Shown here one piece after another: positions 11,898 through 25,079 of a stretch of DNA of 64,000 nt. The DNA comes from Macrostomum hystrix (taxonomy: Eukaryota > Animalia > Platyhelminthes): the NCBI GenBank assembly GCA_950097015.1, contig CATNEN010000001.1:24242001-24306000 (forward strand), read 5' to 3'. The translations under genes were made by a program, and so were the position numbers. Under the pieces are notes generated by a model. That model saw only the letters and a program-made list of their open reading frames with translations, did no database searches and was not told the origin of the DNA. Positions within the stretch are counted from its first letter, which is position 1. The number at the start of each line of letters is the position of its first letter.

Positions 11898-14886
11898 ATG
11901 TGTCGATCGATCAGCAAGGTTGTGCTAGTGGTTGTCAACCTAGTCTTCGGCATCTTCAGCCTGGCCTGTGTGGCCCTGGGCATCTTCGTGGCTGTGGATC
12001 GAGGCCGAGTCGTCAACCAGATGGGCAAAGCGCCGCAGGACAGCGACATCAAAAGTCTGGCTAACCGGGACCAGCTGATGACGGCCGCTATTGTGTTCAT
12101 TGTTCTCAGCTTCCTGTGCCTGCTGCTCTGCATCAGCGGCTGCGTTGGAGCAGTGAAGGAGAACACCTGCCTGCTCGCAACCGTGAGCTCTGGAATTTTT
12201 AGTTATTATTATGGCCTAGTTTTATCATAAAAATTGCATTGAACCGTAGGAGGTTTAGCGGCAGAGCGGATAACGCGTTTGCCTCTCGCACCAATGTCCA
12301 TGAGCTCGATTCTGAGGCGAGGCCACATTCCATTTGGGGCGCAGCCACTGAGAGAAGGCTTGGGGGCTTGTCGTGCAATTTACGCCCTTGAGGGCCGACC
12401 TCCAAGGCACAGTGAGAGTGTACACTGCCTGACCATGAAAAAGACAGGCAGATGTACACACCTGTTCGAGCGTGTTCCTGCCTGAGTTCAGGCAGTGTGT
12501 GTACTCAGGAGTCAGCGAAATGGGCAGAATTGCCTCCTCGCTGGCTGCTGGTCTAGTGTCTACCCAATGATGTGCCATTGCCCGCAGCCCTCCTGCAATT
12601 ATTATTGTTATAGTTTGGAGTCTAATTTGCTTACTTTTGTTGACTTTCAGTACTCGGGGGTCATGACGCTGCTGCTGCTCGTTGAATTGGCTGCCCTCGG
12701 CCTGGCGATTGCTTACAAAGGCCGGCTCCAGGATGACTTGACCAGGGTGATGCTGAAGGCCGACAAGGAGCTCTTCCAACCATACAACTCTGTGACAGCC
12801 AATCAGTCGTCACAAGGATTAGCGACAAAAATTCTAAGCCACATTCACGTAGCGGTGAGAATATTATAAGTCCATATTGGTAGCATTAAATATGAAATAT
12901 ATATTTATGGAATATCAATCAAACTTTCGATCAACGCGTTCTAGATGAGTTGCTGCGGCACCAACAACTACACAGACATTACGCAGAATAGCAGCTGGTC
13001 TAGGGCCAACCCCACCTACAAAGGGCAGCCATTGGTGGTACCAGTCTCCTGTTGCAAGCTCACTGACCAGGGTGTCAACTACTTTAAGGATCACGACGAC
13101 TTTGATAACTTCCACAAGTACCTGATCAACGGCAGCCACTGCCCCACTAAGCTGGCCGATTTTCACCAAGAGGTGAGCTGTCAAACTTTTATGCACTCAG
13201 ACTGGGATAACTATATCAATGGGATAACATGATAAATCAATGGGATAACAGGAGATATCAATGGGATAACATGATAAATCAATGGGATAACATGAGAAAA
13301 TCAATGGGATAACATGAGATATCAATGGGATAACATGATAAATCAATGGGATAACATGAGATATCAATGGGATAACATGATAAATCAATGGGATAACATG
13401 AGATATCAATGGGATAACATGATAAATCAATGAGATAACATGAGAAAATCAATGGGATAACATGATAAATCAATGGGATAACATGATAAATCAATGGGAT
13501 AACATGATAAATCAATGGGATAACATGATAAATCAATGGGATAACAGGAGATATCAATGGGATAACATGATAAATGAATGGGATAACATGAGAAAATCAA
13601 TGGGATAACATGAGATATCAATGGGATAACATGATAAATCAATGGGATAACATGATAAATCAATGGGATAACATGATATATCAATGGGATAACATGAGAA
13701 AATCAATGGGATAACATGAGATATCAATGGGATAACATGATAAATCAATGGGATAACATGATAAATCAATGGGATAACATGATATATCAATGGGATAACA
13801 TGAGATATCAATGAAATAACATGAGATATCAATGGGATAACATGAGAAAATCAATGGGATAACATGAGAAAATCAATGGGATAACATGATAAATCAATGG
13901 GATAACATGATATATCAATGGGATAACATGAGATATCAATGAAATAACATGAGATATCAATGAAATAACATGAGATATCAATGAAATAACATGAGATATC
14001 AATGAAATAACAGGAGATATAAATTGGATACCATATCAACTCAATTAACATTTAGAAGTTATGATAAAATATAAAATCAGGGTAAGATGATCATATAAAG
14101 CAAATCAAGAGAATTCTCAATTATTTTTTAGCTCATATATTGATTCACATTTGTCATCGAATTTGATCTCCTCGAAGGCCTGCCTACCGAAACTCCTCGA
14201 TGATCTGCGTGGCAACGTGATGGCCATAATAATCACGTCCTTGATCTACGTGCTGTTCAATGTGAGTTATAAAAGATAGCATGTCGTTTAAATGCGCAGT
14301 TCAGTAAATGACTTGTAAATGTAGCTATGTCAGCTAGCAGCGTAGCCAGGACTTTTGTCTAGGGTGGGGTGCCGCGCCTTTTAGGGGCGCCACTACCACA
14401 ATGGGGGCGCCACTACCACAATGGGGGCGCCACTACCACAATGGGGACGCCACTAACCACAATGGAGGCGCCACTACCAAAATGGGGGCGCCACTACCAC
14501 ATGGAGGCGCCACTACCAGGGGGTGCCACTACCACATGGGGGTGCCACACCACACGGGGGCGCCACTACCACACGGGGGGCGCCACTACCACACGGGGGG
14601 CGCCACTACCACACGGGGGGCGCCACTACCACACGGGGGGCGCCACTATCCCACCACGGGGGGCGCCACTACTACACGGGGGCGCCACAACCCCACGGGG
14701 GGCGCCACTACCACACGGGGGCACCATTACTGTGTCGCGTACCTTAAGCCTAAACAATAAATTATAAACAATAATCCACGCACATTCAACAGTGCCTCCC
14801 CATTTCGAACCTTCTAGGTTGTCTGCATCGTGATGGCCTTCTGTCTGATTCGCAAATACAAGTCTAGGCAGCGGCAGGGACTATAG
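11898..14886 (+). CDS. Tetraspanin (~289 aa); exons 11898-12182, 12651-12854, 12945-13172, 14178-14261, 14818-14886
   Basis: Four hydrophobic TM segments, GCVGAVKENTCLL, and a large loop with CCG, PVSCC and a distal C. All introns are GT-AG phase 0. Confidence 0.92.
12249..12610 (+). mobile_element. tRNA-derived SINE family A (tetraspanin intron 1)
   Basis: Homologous to copies at 21600, 26615 and 38645. Degenerate A/B boxes and a CCCTCCTGCAATTATTATT tail. Confidence 0.85.
13203..14030. repeat. Minisatellite, 21-bp ATCAATGGGATAACATGATAA (tetraspanin intron 3)
   Basis: About 39 tandem units. Confidence 0.97.
14383..14730. repeat. GC-rich ~20-bp minisatellite GGGGCGCCACTACCACAC (tetraspanin intron 4)
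   Basis: About 17 tandem units. Confidence 0.93.
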
Positions 14887-16239
14887 AGAGATTGACTAGG
14901 AAAAACTGCACTGCCTCAGCAATGTATTCGAGATCTGGATATGCAGTTCTGAGACATTTCGCTATTTCTGTACTAACTAAACTAGAATGTTGCAAAACCA
15001 GTTATATCCGGAATGATTAGTGACATACTTAATAACAATTGCTTTGTTTTAGTTAGACTATTCAGAGAGAAAAAATCTCAACTTGATGTTGAATGCCGTA
15101 GCATTATCAGTAGATTCAGTAAAACAATAATAGTTGAATAAAAAGTTCGTTGTCACTACTTTAATATATAATATTACGATAATTCGCTCCAATATTATCA
15201 AGCACATAAACAGCCGTTGCAAAATTTAAATTTTGAACGACATGAGCGCGTTCACACTCGTCATTTCAATTTCTAAAAATATGCATTTATAGTTGTTTCG
15301 CTCTTCAGCCCTTCAAACTAGAATTATTATAATTATTCTACACAAAAATCGATAGTTTATTGCAGAAATTTTTAGTTTACTAGAACTTATAATTCTCTAG
15401 CCGTGCACTTGCACTTGTTTTTTCGCAAAGGCGTCAAACCTGCTTGCATTAGCTACACTGCAGTGGCACGAGTAAATTATTTACATTTTTGCTGCTAAGA
15501 ATTCTACGAAGAATTATACTTTTTTTTCCAAAATACCATGCAGGACTCAGCTAACAACAACAAGCAGTAACTCGAAATCCAGCACGATTCAACACCCGTA
15601 TCCAACTATAGGGGATTTTCTATGCGCCCCGGTGTTCGCCGCTCACTATGCGCGCCCTAGAATCAAATTGAAGATGTTCCCTGCACTCTACTGTTAGTAG
15701 TTAAAGTCGTTAAAGTAGTTAAAGGTGGTGTGTCTTTATACCCGACTTAAAAGGCGGCACGCAGCAAGTCAACGTACGCCGCGTCGCCCTGTCATTATAG
15801 CGTCCAGGTCTCAGCGTTGTAAAGCAGGGAAGGTTAGACGAACGCCTGCAGAACAACGCCGCCCCTGGCTGTCAGACCGCCGACATAAACAAACTGCTGA
15901 CAGCGCGGAAGCACCATAACCTGTACGGCAGAGGATCGCAGCTTCGATGACGCATGGCACACAGAGCCCGTCCGGTGTCTTCTCACAGCAGCTTTTTTCT
16001 GATGGTACATCGATCGCCATCACGGGAGAAACAATGCAGCCTAATCTGGCACGTAATTGTATACTACGCCCGGAGCACGGCATTTCATGACCGGGGCGAG
16101 TCGAAAGCTTTCCTGAAGTCTACGAAGATCAGAATCAGGATCAACTGACGCTTCGGCAACCTGCATCAAGCAGCCGGCAAAAGATCGTCTTTATTGATAG
16201 ACACAGGCGTTGCTAAAGCTTTTCATGTGCCTGCCGCCA

Positions 16240-16828
16240 GGGGCGAGGGGGGTCAGCGGCTAACGTCGCTGCCTCGCACTCCAAAGGACGCTAGTTCGAT
16301 TCACCCTTCAGGTCACGATTAATTTCGGTACTTGTTGGGGGGGGTTTGGACAGTAGCGACCGGCGGAGGTGCACCTTATTTCGTGCAATCAAAGCTTGAA
16401 AAATAGCTTCGCTCCTACCTTCTGTGTGCCTGTTCTGCGTTGTTTGAGTTTGTGCGTTGGCGCTGGGGCGTTAGACCTTGCGGGGGGGTGGCTGGGGGGC
16501 GGGTGTACACCGCCGCGCGCTCATCTGGATTTCCGTCAGCGCGATTGGATAAAGTGTACACTCGTCACCCGCCCCCCCCTGAGGACTGATTTCTATCAGC
16601 CTTCCGCCCCGGCTTGGTCTGCTCTGTGCGTGTGCGGGCCTGGGGTGAGAGGCACTCCGGCTGCCGCCCCCTTCCCCGCTTGGCTTGCTGCTGTGTGTGT
16701 GAGGTGCCTGCTCAGGGGAGGCGGCGCGATGGGCGGCTTTCGCCTAGTTCGCCGGCCTGGGGGCATGCCGTTCCTGTGTTTGTGCGTCAAGTGCCCCAGG
16801 CCCCCCTGCAAAGTAAGTAAGTAAGTAA
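16240..16828 (+). mobile_element. Long SINE-like retroposon (family C) with 13-bp TSD and (AAGT)n tail
   Basis: TSD GTGCCTGCCGCCA at 16227-16239 and 16829-16841. Empty site in the paralog at ~29680. B-box-like AGTTCGATTC near the 5' end. Confidence 0.85.
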
Positions 16829-18535
16829 GTGCCTGCCGCCAAACGAGATGCCGTATTGTCTCGTGGCAACGTCAGGGTGATTTTTCATGTAAACAAAAAG
16901 CATTTGAATTTTTTATATTGAACGAAGAATAAAAGTTTTTAATGTAACAATGACTTCAACAATTTCGTACTATTTGGTTTAATTCAGATCTCCAACTTGT
17001 CAAAACGTTATAAACGGAATTCTGTCTTTTTAATGTTTATTCAAATGTCCTTACTGTGTACCTTTTTCGATTAGTACATAAAAACTATGACGAAGAAATT
17101 AAATCACAAAATTAAACGGAATTCGTATCGCTTCTTACCTGAAACACGTCGCAGCAAAGCTACCCTAAACCCGGGCTGAGTAGGACAGCACTTAGCCCAT
17201 AGGTCTTGGATCAAGGCCTTGTCCGCTGAAATTGGCTGCATCTCCGCAGTCTAACAGGCGCACAATATGGATCGCATAGCATCGAATCTGCTCATACATT
17301 GCTCTGTAGGGAATGCAGCTTCCCTAGACTCCACGGGCTCTTTTTATTTATTTATTATTTTTTTAATACTAGCTGGACAGCTAAATAGAGCCCACTCACT
17401 GGATTAATAAACAAAAAAAACATATTTGGTTCTTTACATCTCAATAGCTTATTTTATCCGTCGTGTTACAATTCTATTTAGTTTAAATTTAAATACACGA
17501 AATGTACCTGTCTTTTCCGCAGCGTTTTAAACCACGAAGTTTATTAGAAAGATAATTTACACTATGAAAACTGCCATGTGAATTACTATTCCATAAATAA
17601 AGTATTTGTTTCTAGGCCTACTTTCTAGATGTTGGGGCGTTGCTGTACTATAATTAATGCCCATTTTTCGATAATATTTCTATATAATAATTAAGATGTA
17701 TGTATATATCTATACATCTTCAGGTGCTTCTATTCCATAGTCTCGAGATGCTCCGTGCACGCGAGAACTGTTTTTGCCCTTGCACGTAGCTCGTATTATG
17801 TGTATTATGTGTAATAAAGGGTGCCTGTTATATTATGCCATTTGTTTAACATGTCATAAATCTTAAATTTCAATTTTTAAAATCACATAACAATTAAGCA
17901 ATGTTGAAGAATTTATGTATATATATGGTGATAAAATCATGAGATTCTTAGCTGGGCCTTCAATTTAAGTAGGCCTGATTTTAGCTTTCTTTAATTTACT
18001 TATTAATTATGTCTGCTAGGTTATTCGTCTCTAGAAATGTAAGTTTCATGATTAATTGATTGTTTTGTTACTTGCAATCACGTACCCTATTAACTTTAAT
18101 TTAAGGTATTTTAGATCTAGAAATAATATTGGATTAATTCCGGGTAATCTAACCTCTTACCTTAATGGCATTAGTTGCTTAACTAATATAAAGTAATCAT
18201 GAAAAAGTTTTTGGTGATTAGGCCCCCTAGCCATTGCCTAAAGCCATATATTGTATTTTTGCACTACCTATATTTTTCTATAACATAGTTAGCCATCTAA
18301 ATTTTCTATCAAATTATTTCAGAGATTGTAATTTATTTTCAATTTCAGTTTACCTAGATATTTATTAAGACCTTGTGTGCAGTAAATTTTACTAGAACTT
18401 ATCATTTAGAACTTATCACTAGAATTTATCATTATTTAATCTTTATTGCCATCATGTGCTGCCTATTTACCCAAATGAAGACTATGAAATGATATAATTC
18501 ATACTTAGCTAATTACACTTCTGCCAAAATTGCAG

Positions 18536-19769
18536 GCTAGTCCAGTCAAAAGCCATTTGAGCAGTGCAGCTGAACTTGGCAGCCTTGTCTGCAACAAGCG
18601 AGTGTTTCTATTCGACTGCGATGGTGTTATCTGGAATGAGAACAGTCTGGTGCCCGGCGCCAGGGACCTGCTGCTGCGGCTCAAGTCCCTCGGTCGCCGA
18701 GTCTTTCTAGTCACCAACAATAGCACCAAGTCCAGAGCACAGTATGTGGAGAAGTGCCTCAAGCTGCAGCTGCCTGTGACTGAGGCTGAGATTGTCTGTA
18801 CAGCCGCTGTAGCTGCCAGCTACATCAGCAGGCTGAAGCTGCCAGGACTCACCTATGTGATCGGCAGTCCTGGACTCCAGGTGCGCGTCATCAGGTCATC
18901 TCCTGACTCCAAATTAAAAAACTAGAGTCTTCGTCAAGATAGGGATCTCTTCTAAATCTCTCCCTAGTCTCATCTCCCCCTCGACTCATCTCTCCCGTGT
19001 CTCATCTCTCCCTCCTTAGATCCTTAAATTAGACTTCTATTCTATTATATTTGCAGGATGAAATGAATTTGCACGGCGTACAGTGCTGCGGATTTCGCGA
19101 AGATGACGACACCGCGGGGCACGGTCAGGTAAGGCTTTTCGTCATCTGTCGAATAAGCTTCGTTTGTTTCAATCGAAAATTCCACGATTTTTACTGCAGG
19201 GTTTTGAGCAGTTTGGCGACGTGCCATTGTGCAACGATGTCTCCTGCGTCCTGCTGGCTATGGACACGCGTTTCAACTACATAAAGCTGCTCAAGGCCTC
19301 CAGCTACGTCAGCGCTGGGGCATTGTTCCTAGGCAGCAACGAGGACTCGTTCCTGCCGTCTGGACGGCCATCCGAAATTGGCGTCCCAGTCCGACTGCCT
19401 GACGCCGGATCGATGCTGAACGCGCTGTGCACGGCCACCCAGCAGCAGCCGGCGGCTGTCATGGGCAAGCCGCACCGCCCAATGCTAGACTATGCCATGC
19501 GCCTCATTGTGGAGACCTCCGATCCGTCTAGCAGTGAGCCGGCCCCGCCTCTGTCCCAGTGGCTGATGGTTGGCGACCGGCTGGACACGGACATCGCCTT
19601 CGGTCGGCGACACGGCATTGACGCCCTCTGCGTGATGACTGGCTGCACCCTGCCTGAGGACCTCCTGGCTGAGGATGCTGGCCAAGGCGCCAGCGACAAG
19701 TCGGAGCTGAAGCCAACGGCTGTTGCTGAGTCAGTGGCCGACCTGCTGCCTCATCTCCCGGATAATTGA
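18536..19769 (+). CDS. PGP: HAD-IIA phosphatase (phosphoglycolate/pyridoxal phosphatase-like), copy A; exons 18536-18880, 19057-19128, 19200-19769; start codon not in these exons
   Basis: FLFDCDGVIW (motif I), LVTNNS (II), MGKP (III), MVGDRLDTDIAFG (IV). GT-AG phase-0 introns. Confidence 0.88.
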
Positions 19770-20429
19770 GCGGCCCCACCCCTGCTCAGGTGGGCATGCT
19801 CAATTCATGTCTGATTTGGTATTAGATGGAACTTGACTCGCTTGCCCTGACTGGCTCGCTTGCAATTCGCTTAAATTGCAATCTATCTTTGAATAGCGTT
19901 TCTTTGATTTCGATTTTTAGCTCTCCTACTAGATTTTTTATATTAGAAAGATTTCACCTAACTGCAGATGCTATTTAACTGAATCTTCCCACTTTAATTC
20001 TTTTTTATCTGTTTCATTTAGCCCATAGTTAGCCGAATTGTTTCAGCTTATTGAAGTATGTTTCGGACTTATTAGTTTCATTTTAGCCTCAGTAAGCCAT
20101 TCCTATTGGTCGATGCCTTTTGCGGGCGGTTAATGGCTATTAACTGACCGCAAGAAAATTACCGAGCATTAATTCATCTATGACCATTAACGGGCAAGAC
20201 TCTCTGCCCGCCGGGCAAAAAGGTCATGGTACAATAGCCTATATTGTATACATTATACATGTATTATTGTATACATAATATATACATTAATATATTAGCA
20301 TGGGTATTACATTGAGTATTGGGTATTTAAGGGAATGCGAACGAATATTTTGTACAACATCTGAAACTCTGTTGCTGGAGGACAGGACAGATGCTGGTAG
20401 AGAAAGCAAATCCTGTGAAAAGAGTTGTA

Positions 20430-20545
20430 TATTGACTAATAAGGAGATTAACGAGATTGTGCTGCAGTTTGAAACTGAAGATGGTGCTGGCGTTGATTTC
20501 AACGGTGAGGAGTTTGTATTGACGATCATCATTGAGAGAATGTGA
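20430..20545 (+). pseudogene. Possible Polinton minor capsid (penton) C-terminal fragment
   Basis: INEIVLQFETEDGAGVDFNGEEFVLTIIIERM* resembles the penton C-terminal I.I...D..G..IDF.GE...L.I pattern. Confidence 0.5.
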
Positions 20546-21599
20546 GAGAAAATGTACAATGAGAGCCCCATTTCTTCCTAAATCTCATTTTTTGAGCTCT
20601 AAAATAAATAGAGGGGAATACATGTGGAGTACGCCTTTCGCCCCCTCTGTACTCTGAATTTCTGTCCCAAAAGTAACATTTTGTGTTGCACGCGCCAAGT
20701 AAGAAAACGCGTTTTTGAATAGCGCTCAAAGAAATTGGTGATTGGTGAAATTGGTGACCGATTTTTGGTGATTGGTGATTGAAATTGGTGACCGATTTTT
20801 TGGGAAAATTGAGTTTCTGTACATTTCTATATTTGATTTATCGATCGAAAAGACAAACTCAGTTCGAGTAACTCGAGTCCAGACAACCCGTATTGAATAG
20901 CCTAGTCACTTTGCTATCGAGTCTTCAATCGATCTTGAGAAGCTACTTTCGTTGCTCAGTTAGAAGTGGCCAACTGCTGAATCAGCTTCACAAAGTCATC
21001 GTGAGCCAGCAGCTTGAGATGCTCGGCTCCGGCCACCGGCACAGACGCCACCGGCTGCGACTGCTTCCCGGCCCAGTTGACGCACACGTCCAGGCTGGCG
21101 ATGTTCACAGTGCCATCGCCGTTGCTGTAGATAATGTCCGGCTGCTGATCGGGAAACTGGCGGCCGTCAGTCCAGCGGAACTTGTGAGCGGTCTTCAGGC
21201 CGTGGCCGAATACGCAGTGGGTGCGAACCCCGGGCGGCAGGGTCTGGTCAGTGAGGTTGCCGAGCAGCTTGAAGTGCTGGTAGCCCTGAGGATAGCCAAT
21301 GTCCTGGTAGAGGTCATGGATGTCGTCATCAGTCAGTGTGTACTTTCGCTGCTTGGTTTCGACGATGGTGTGGTCCTTGTCAAACACCAGGCTGGAGGGG
21401 TACAGGTAGTAGGTGCTCGGCCAGCTGCGCAGTGCATCGCGCAACCAGAGCGGCCGGATGAAGAAGAGGCCCAGGTTGTAGCCTGATGGGATTCGAGTGA
21501 TTTGTTAATGCGAGTGGGAAGTCAATAACAGTAGAAATTCACGCTATTTCGCACCTCGGTAAAGACAACGGGGATATTTAAAATACCGACTGCTAAGTA

Positions 21600-21952
21600 A
21601 TATTTTGCAGGAGGGCTGTGGGCAATGGCACATCATTTAGTGACACTAGACCCGCAGCCAGCGAGGAGGCAATTCTGCCCATTTCGCTGACTCCTGAGCA
21701 CACACGCACACAGATACTGTACGCAGGCACACGCTCACACAGGTGTGTACATCTGTCCTGATTTTCTCATTGTCAGGCAGTGTACATTTCACTGTGCCTT
21801 GGAGGTCGGCCCTAAGGGCGTAAATTGCACGACAAGCCCTCAAGCCTTCTCTCCGCGGCTGCGCCCCAAATAACTGTGGCCTGGCCGTGGAATCGAACTT
21901 AGGGACCGTGGTGCGAGTGGCAAACGCGATAACCGCTCTGCCACCGACCCCC
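21600..21952 (-). mobile_element. tRNA-derived SINE family A
   Basis: Reverse-complement match to 26615-26977; absent from the paralogous intron. Confidence 0.9.
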
Positions 21953-22517
21953 TACCTAATGCTTTATAAGAATCAAAATTTCCGCCTTTACGATGAGCTA
22001 ACTTTTAAGCCGTCTGTCAACAGCATCATCGACATTCACTGGCTAGAAACAAATCAATGGCGAAATACTCCAGCAATATAAAAATTAACAACATAATAGA
22101 AAATAACAGCCGACATGTTTACATGCATGATGAACTTTAAGGAGGAGGAGGAGAAAAATTATTCCTATATTGTTAGATTTTGCCACTAGACGACCCGACG
22201 ATGCCGATGTTTTGTGATTCTGGATGTTGCTTCGTCTGATAGAGCGGAACATTTTAGCCCGTGTTGCGGATTTTCATGAAAATTGGTTGAATATTTTGTG
22301 AGATGCAGAAAATGTGGGCATTTGAATGCAGCGCGCCTCAAAACCCAACATGCGAGCAACATTGACTTTTGACGGTGACGGGCGCTTCGGCATCCTGTAG
22401 GCAGTAGCTCTTCGTTTAAATCACGTGACCTGCCAGTTTATTTATTTTTTCTGTGCGTTGTCTCACGACAAGCGTGGGAGCTGCTCTACAATCGGTGAGT
22501 CCAGCTGTGCACAGCTA

Positions 22518-23358
22518 GAGTATATACGAGTATAAGACTTAGAAATCTGAATGGAATTTAAGTGGGCGTTAGTAGGAAGCGAAAGCCAAAAATAGCAACA
22601 GCAGAAAGTGCGAGCAACCGAAAGGAGAATGATTAGACAAAATCCGCCCCCAGAGATCAACTATTCATTTCAGCGCAGGCCCGGTTCGGCATGACAGCAG
22701 CTGTGCCGACGTGGAGCTGCCTGAGACCGGATCCGCAGAGGCGCTGACGTGGAACTGCCGGAGACCGGATCCGCAGCTGTGCTGACGTGGAGCTCCCGGA
22801 ATCAACCCGGCCTGTCCCGACCTGCAGCTGCCTACATCGACCCAACCCTGCCGAAACTGGAGCCGCCCGGACCCGATCGGGAATGAGATCGGGAGGAGGC
22901 CGAGACCGCACAAGAAGGATCGATGAAAGAAAAGGGGTTGGCGTGCCTGCCAACCAACTAGTTTAATGACAATAACTGTACTAGACTCGAGGCTGCGACC
23001 TCACTCACCCCAAATTCCGATGCGTACTGTTTGCTATGGTATTATCTCCCCATATCGGATCGAGGGGTTTTAAAGACACTATATATATCGGTGCGGAGCG
23101 CGGAAAAAGATTCGCCGCGCGAGTTAGTTAGAGACTCACTTTGAGCTCCGTTTAGATAAACTTACTAGAAAATCAGTGTGTTTGCGTTCTTTATTAAGCA
23201 GAATCTGAGATACTGATCCAGAGAGATCGCCGCCAGCCGGAATACTGAGTATCGACAGTCGTTAGGAGTTATAGCCTTCAAGACTTTTAGACTGCATTAA
23301 ACCGCTCGACAAATTATAGGAAAACTACAAATGAAGAAGAGACATTAAAACTTGAAGC
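22518..23358. mobile_element. Unclassified ~840-bp insertion (possibly solo-LTR-like)
   Basis: Absent from the paralogous intron (GCTATAGCTGTGCACAGC at ~42765). Internal GC-rich subrepeats and a TATATATA box. Confidence 0.5.
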
Positions 23359-25079
23359 GCTATAACGAGCGTAGCAACCAGCCTCAATGAGTTTGTACGA
23401 TGGTACAATTGTAAAACCTTGTTTAGTCTGTCCAATCGCACATTCACAGAGACTTATGGTCGATTCACCGACTTCACAATATGCACTTTACTCAGACGAA
23501 TTGCTCGAGTTCGTGCGCACGTATTTGAAAACTCACAGAATTTCTTCATTTGCTTCAATATCAGACACGGATTCTCATCGTCAATGAAGAATGAAGAACT
23601 GTCCTACTAGCTCGTATTTATTCTCCCGCTCGCTGAGCTCCATTGGATTTTTTAGCCACAAGGACGCAAGTTTTAAAAACAAGCTGCAACCCATTCATTC
23701 ACAGCTGCGCGCTAAAATTAATGCTACCTTGACATGGACTAGAAACCAAGATTCTCAAAACGAGGTTTAGGTGAGTAGTCCATAGCGTTGCCTTAGTCCA
23801 TTATTCCTGAATGTCTGATGGTCGGAGACTGAACCAGAAATATTTTTAATTACAGAATTTAAAAGAACGAAGCCTCACCCGACACAGATGCCAGCACTGA
23901 AGAAGCGGAGCCTCCGAACGGTCCGGCAGCGGCAACAAAGTCCTTAATGTACTTGTCCTTCCAGGCCTGGCTGCAGTTGTGCAGAAAGTGCAGCGAAACT
24001 TTGCAGCCGAGGCTGTGGCCGACCAGGATAACTGGCTTGTTGCCGTTGGCGGCGTAGGTCCTCTCGATGAGCGCACCGAGCTGAACGAAGTACTCCACCA
24101 GCTCGTCTGAAGTAAAAAATGGACATTGAAAGTACTGATGACCGATAGTAATGTTCTTCATCTAGCCTTTCGTGATTTTCCAACTCACTCGGTGCCCTCC
24201 TGAAGTCGTAAGGAGCTCCATGAACGTCAACACCGCGTCGGTAGCCCAGTTTGACCAGTTGCTCAACGACCTTGTTGTAGTAGCCAGCTGGAAGCAGCAA
24301 ACTGAAATGAACTGAAGTGAGCTGAACTTACTTTGGTCAATCTTCACATCGGAGAGCCACTCGACAGTCTCGGTGTCGCCAAAGCCCTTGATGATGGTAG
24401 TCACACCTTGATTGTCCAGAGAGCGCCCGGTGCTTGGGTCGAATTGCATTCTTAAAATTTGTGAGATGTGAAATTTTGTGCAGGTGTGTTGAAAGCTGCA
24501 ACTCCTGCAGCCAGGACCGCCAACCACATGCAGCTCAGTGCGATGCTGTGAAGCATGACCTGTTATTGCTATTTGTGTGGGAACTGGTTAACAATGCCTG
24601 TAGAGAAAAAGTTTCTCATTTGTGAAGAGACCACCAGGCCAGCGTGGCCCAAAACCAACTACCAGTTTATGATATTGAATCACGGTTGATCGAGCGAGCT
24701 ACTCGAGCGAACTACTCGTAGATAGGATATTGGGGGACGAAAGGACAGCAAGGGGGTTAGCGCAGGTGGGTGAAAATGGAGGGGTGAGAGCTATGGATAA
24801 TAAAGCGCGCGCTGACGTTTCTTTTTAGTTCTTTTTAACGTAAGCGCTTTTTAGCAGGTAAGCAACCATGTTTTTTCTATATTTTGAAAGTATAATAACT
24901 CAAAGGAAAACATAAATATTCTATCGCCTTTTTTTAAATCAATTTTTTCAGCCTTAAACAAAAAATAAACAAAAAAATCAGCGCCCAATCGGCGTGCGCA
25001 CCTCAATAATAAGGTGCGCATCTTGATGAGATATCAAGAAAATGGTATGGAATATGTGGAGATAAGCTTAACATATCTT

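Larger units (their letters stand above)
16168..20080 (+). repeat. Segmental duplication copy A (direct repeat of 29622-32859)
   Basis: Colinear from AAGCAGCCGGCAAA to TTCGGACTTATTAGTTTCA in both copies. Confidence 0.92.
20956..24556 (-). pseudogene. LPLA2/LCAT-family pseudogene (inverted copy of 40982-43919; exon 2 deleted)
   Basis: Exons 3-6 are present (GAPYDFRRAP, GHSLG, GDGTV, GAEH). Exon 1 is fused at ~24481 directly to the end of intron 2, giving an early TAA and losing VPGDGGNQL. Confidence 0.85.

Noticed and set aside
13197-14767. Repetitive ORFs (YHVIPLI, GGATTT; likewise 25674, 50149, 55165, 59856, 61146)
   Set aside because: These are translations of minisatellites, many inside defined introns and open in several frames.
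17130-17340. Possible minus-strand exon in the duplicated block (also 30050-30260)
   Set aside because: A donor-like site is present, but no conserved open frame or recognisable protein is shared by the two copies.
20893-21486. Long antisense ORFs over LPLA2, SULT, MFN and the RTE fragment
   Set aside because: Shadow frames of GC-rich coding sequence on the opposite strand.
24700-24720. ACTACT as a Polinton terminus
   Set aside because: Too short; no matching TIR or 6-bp TSD found.
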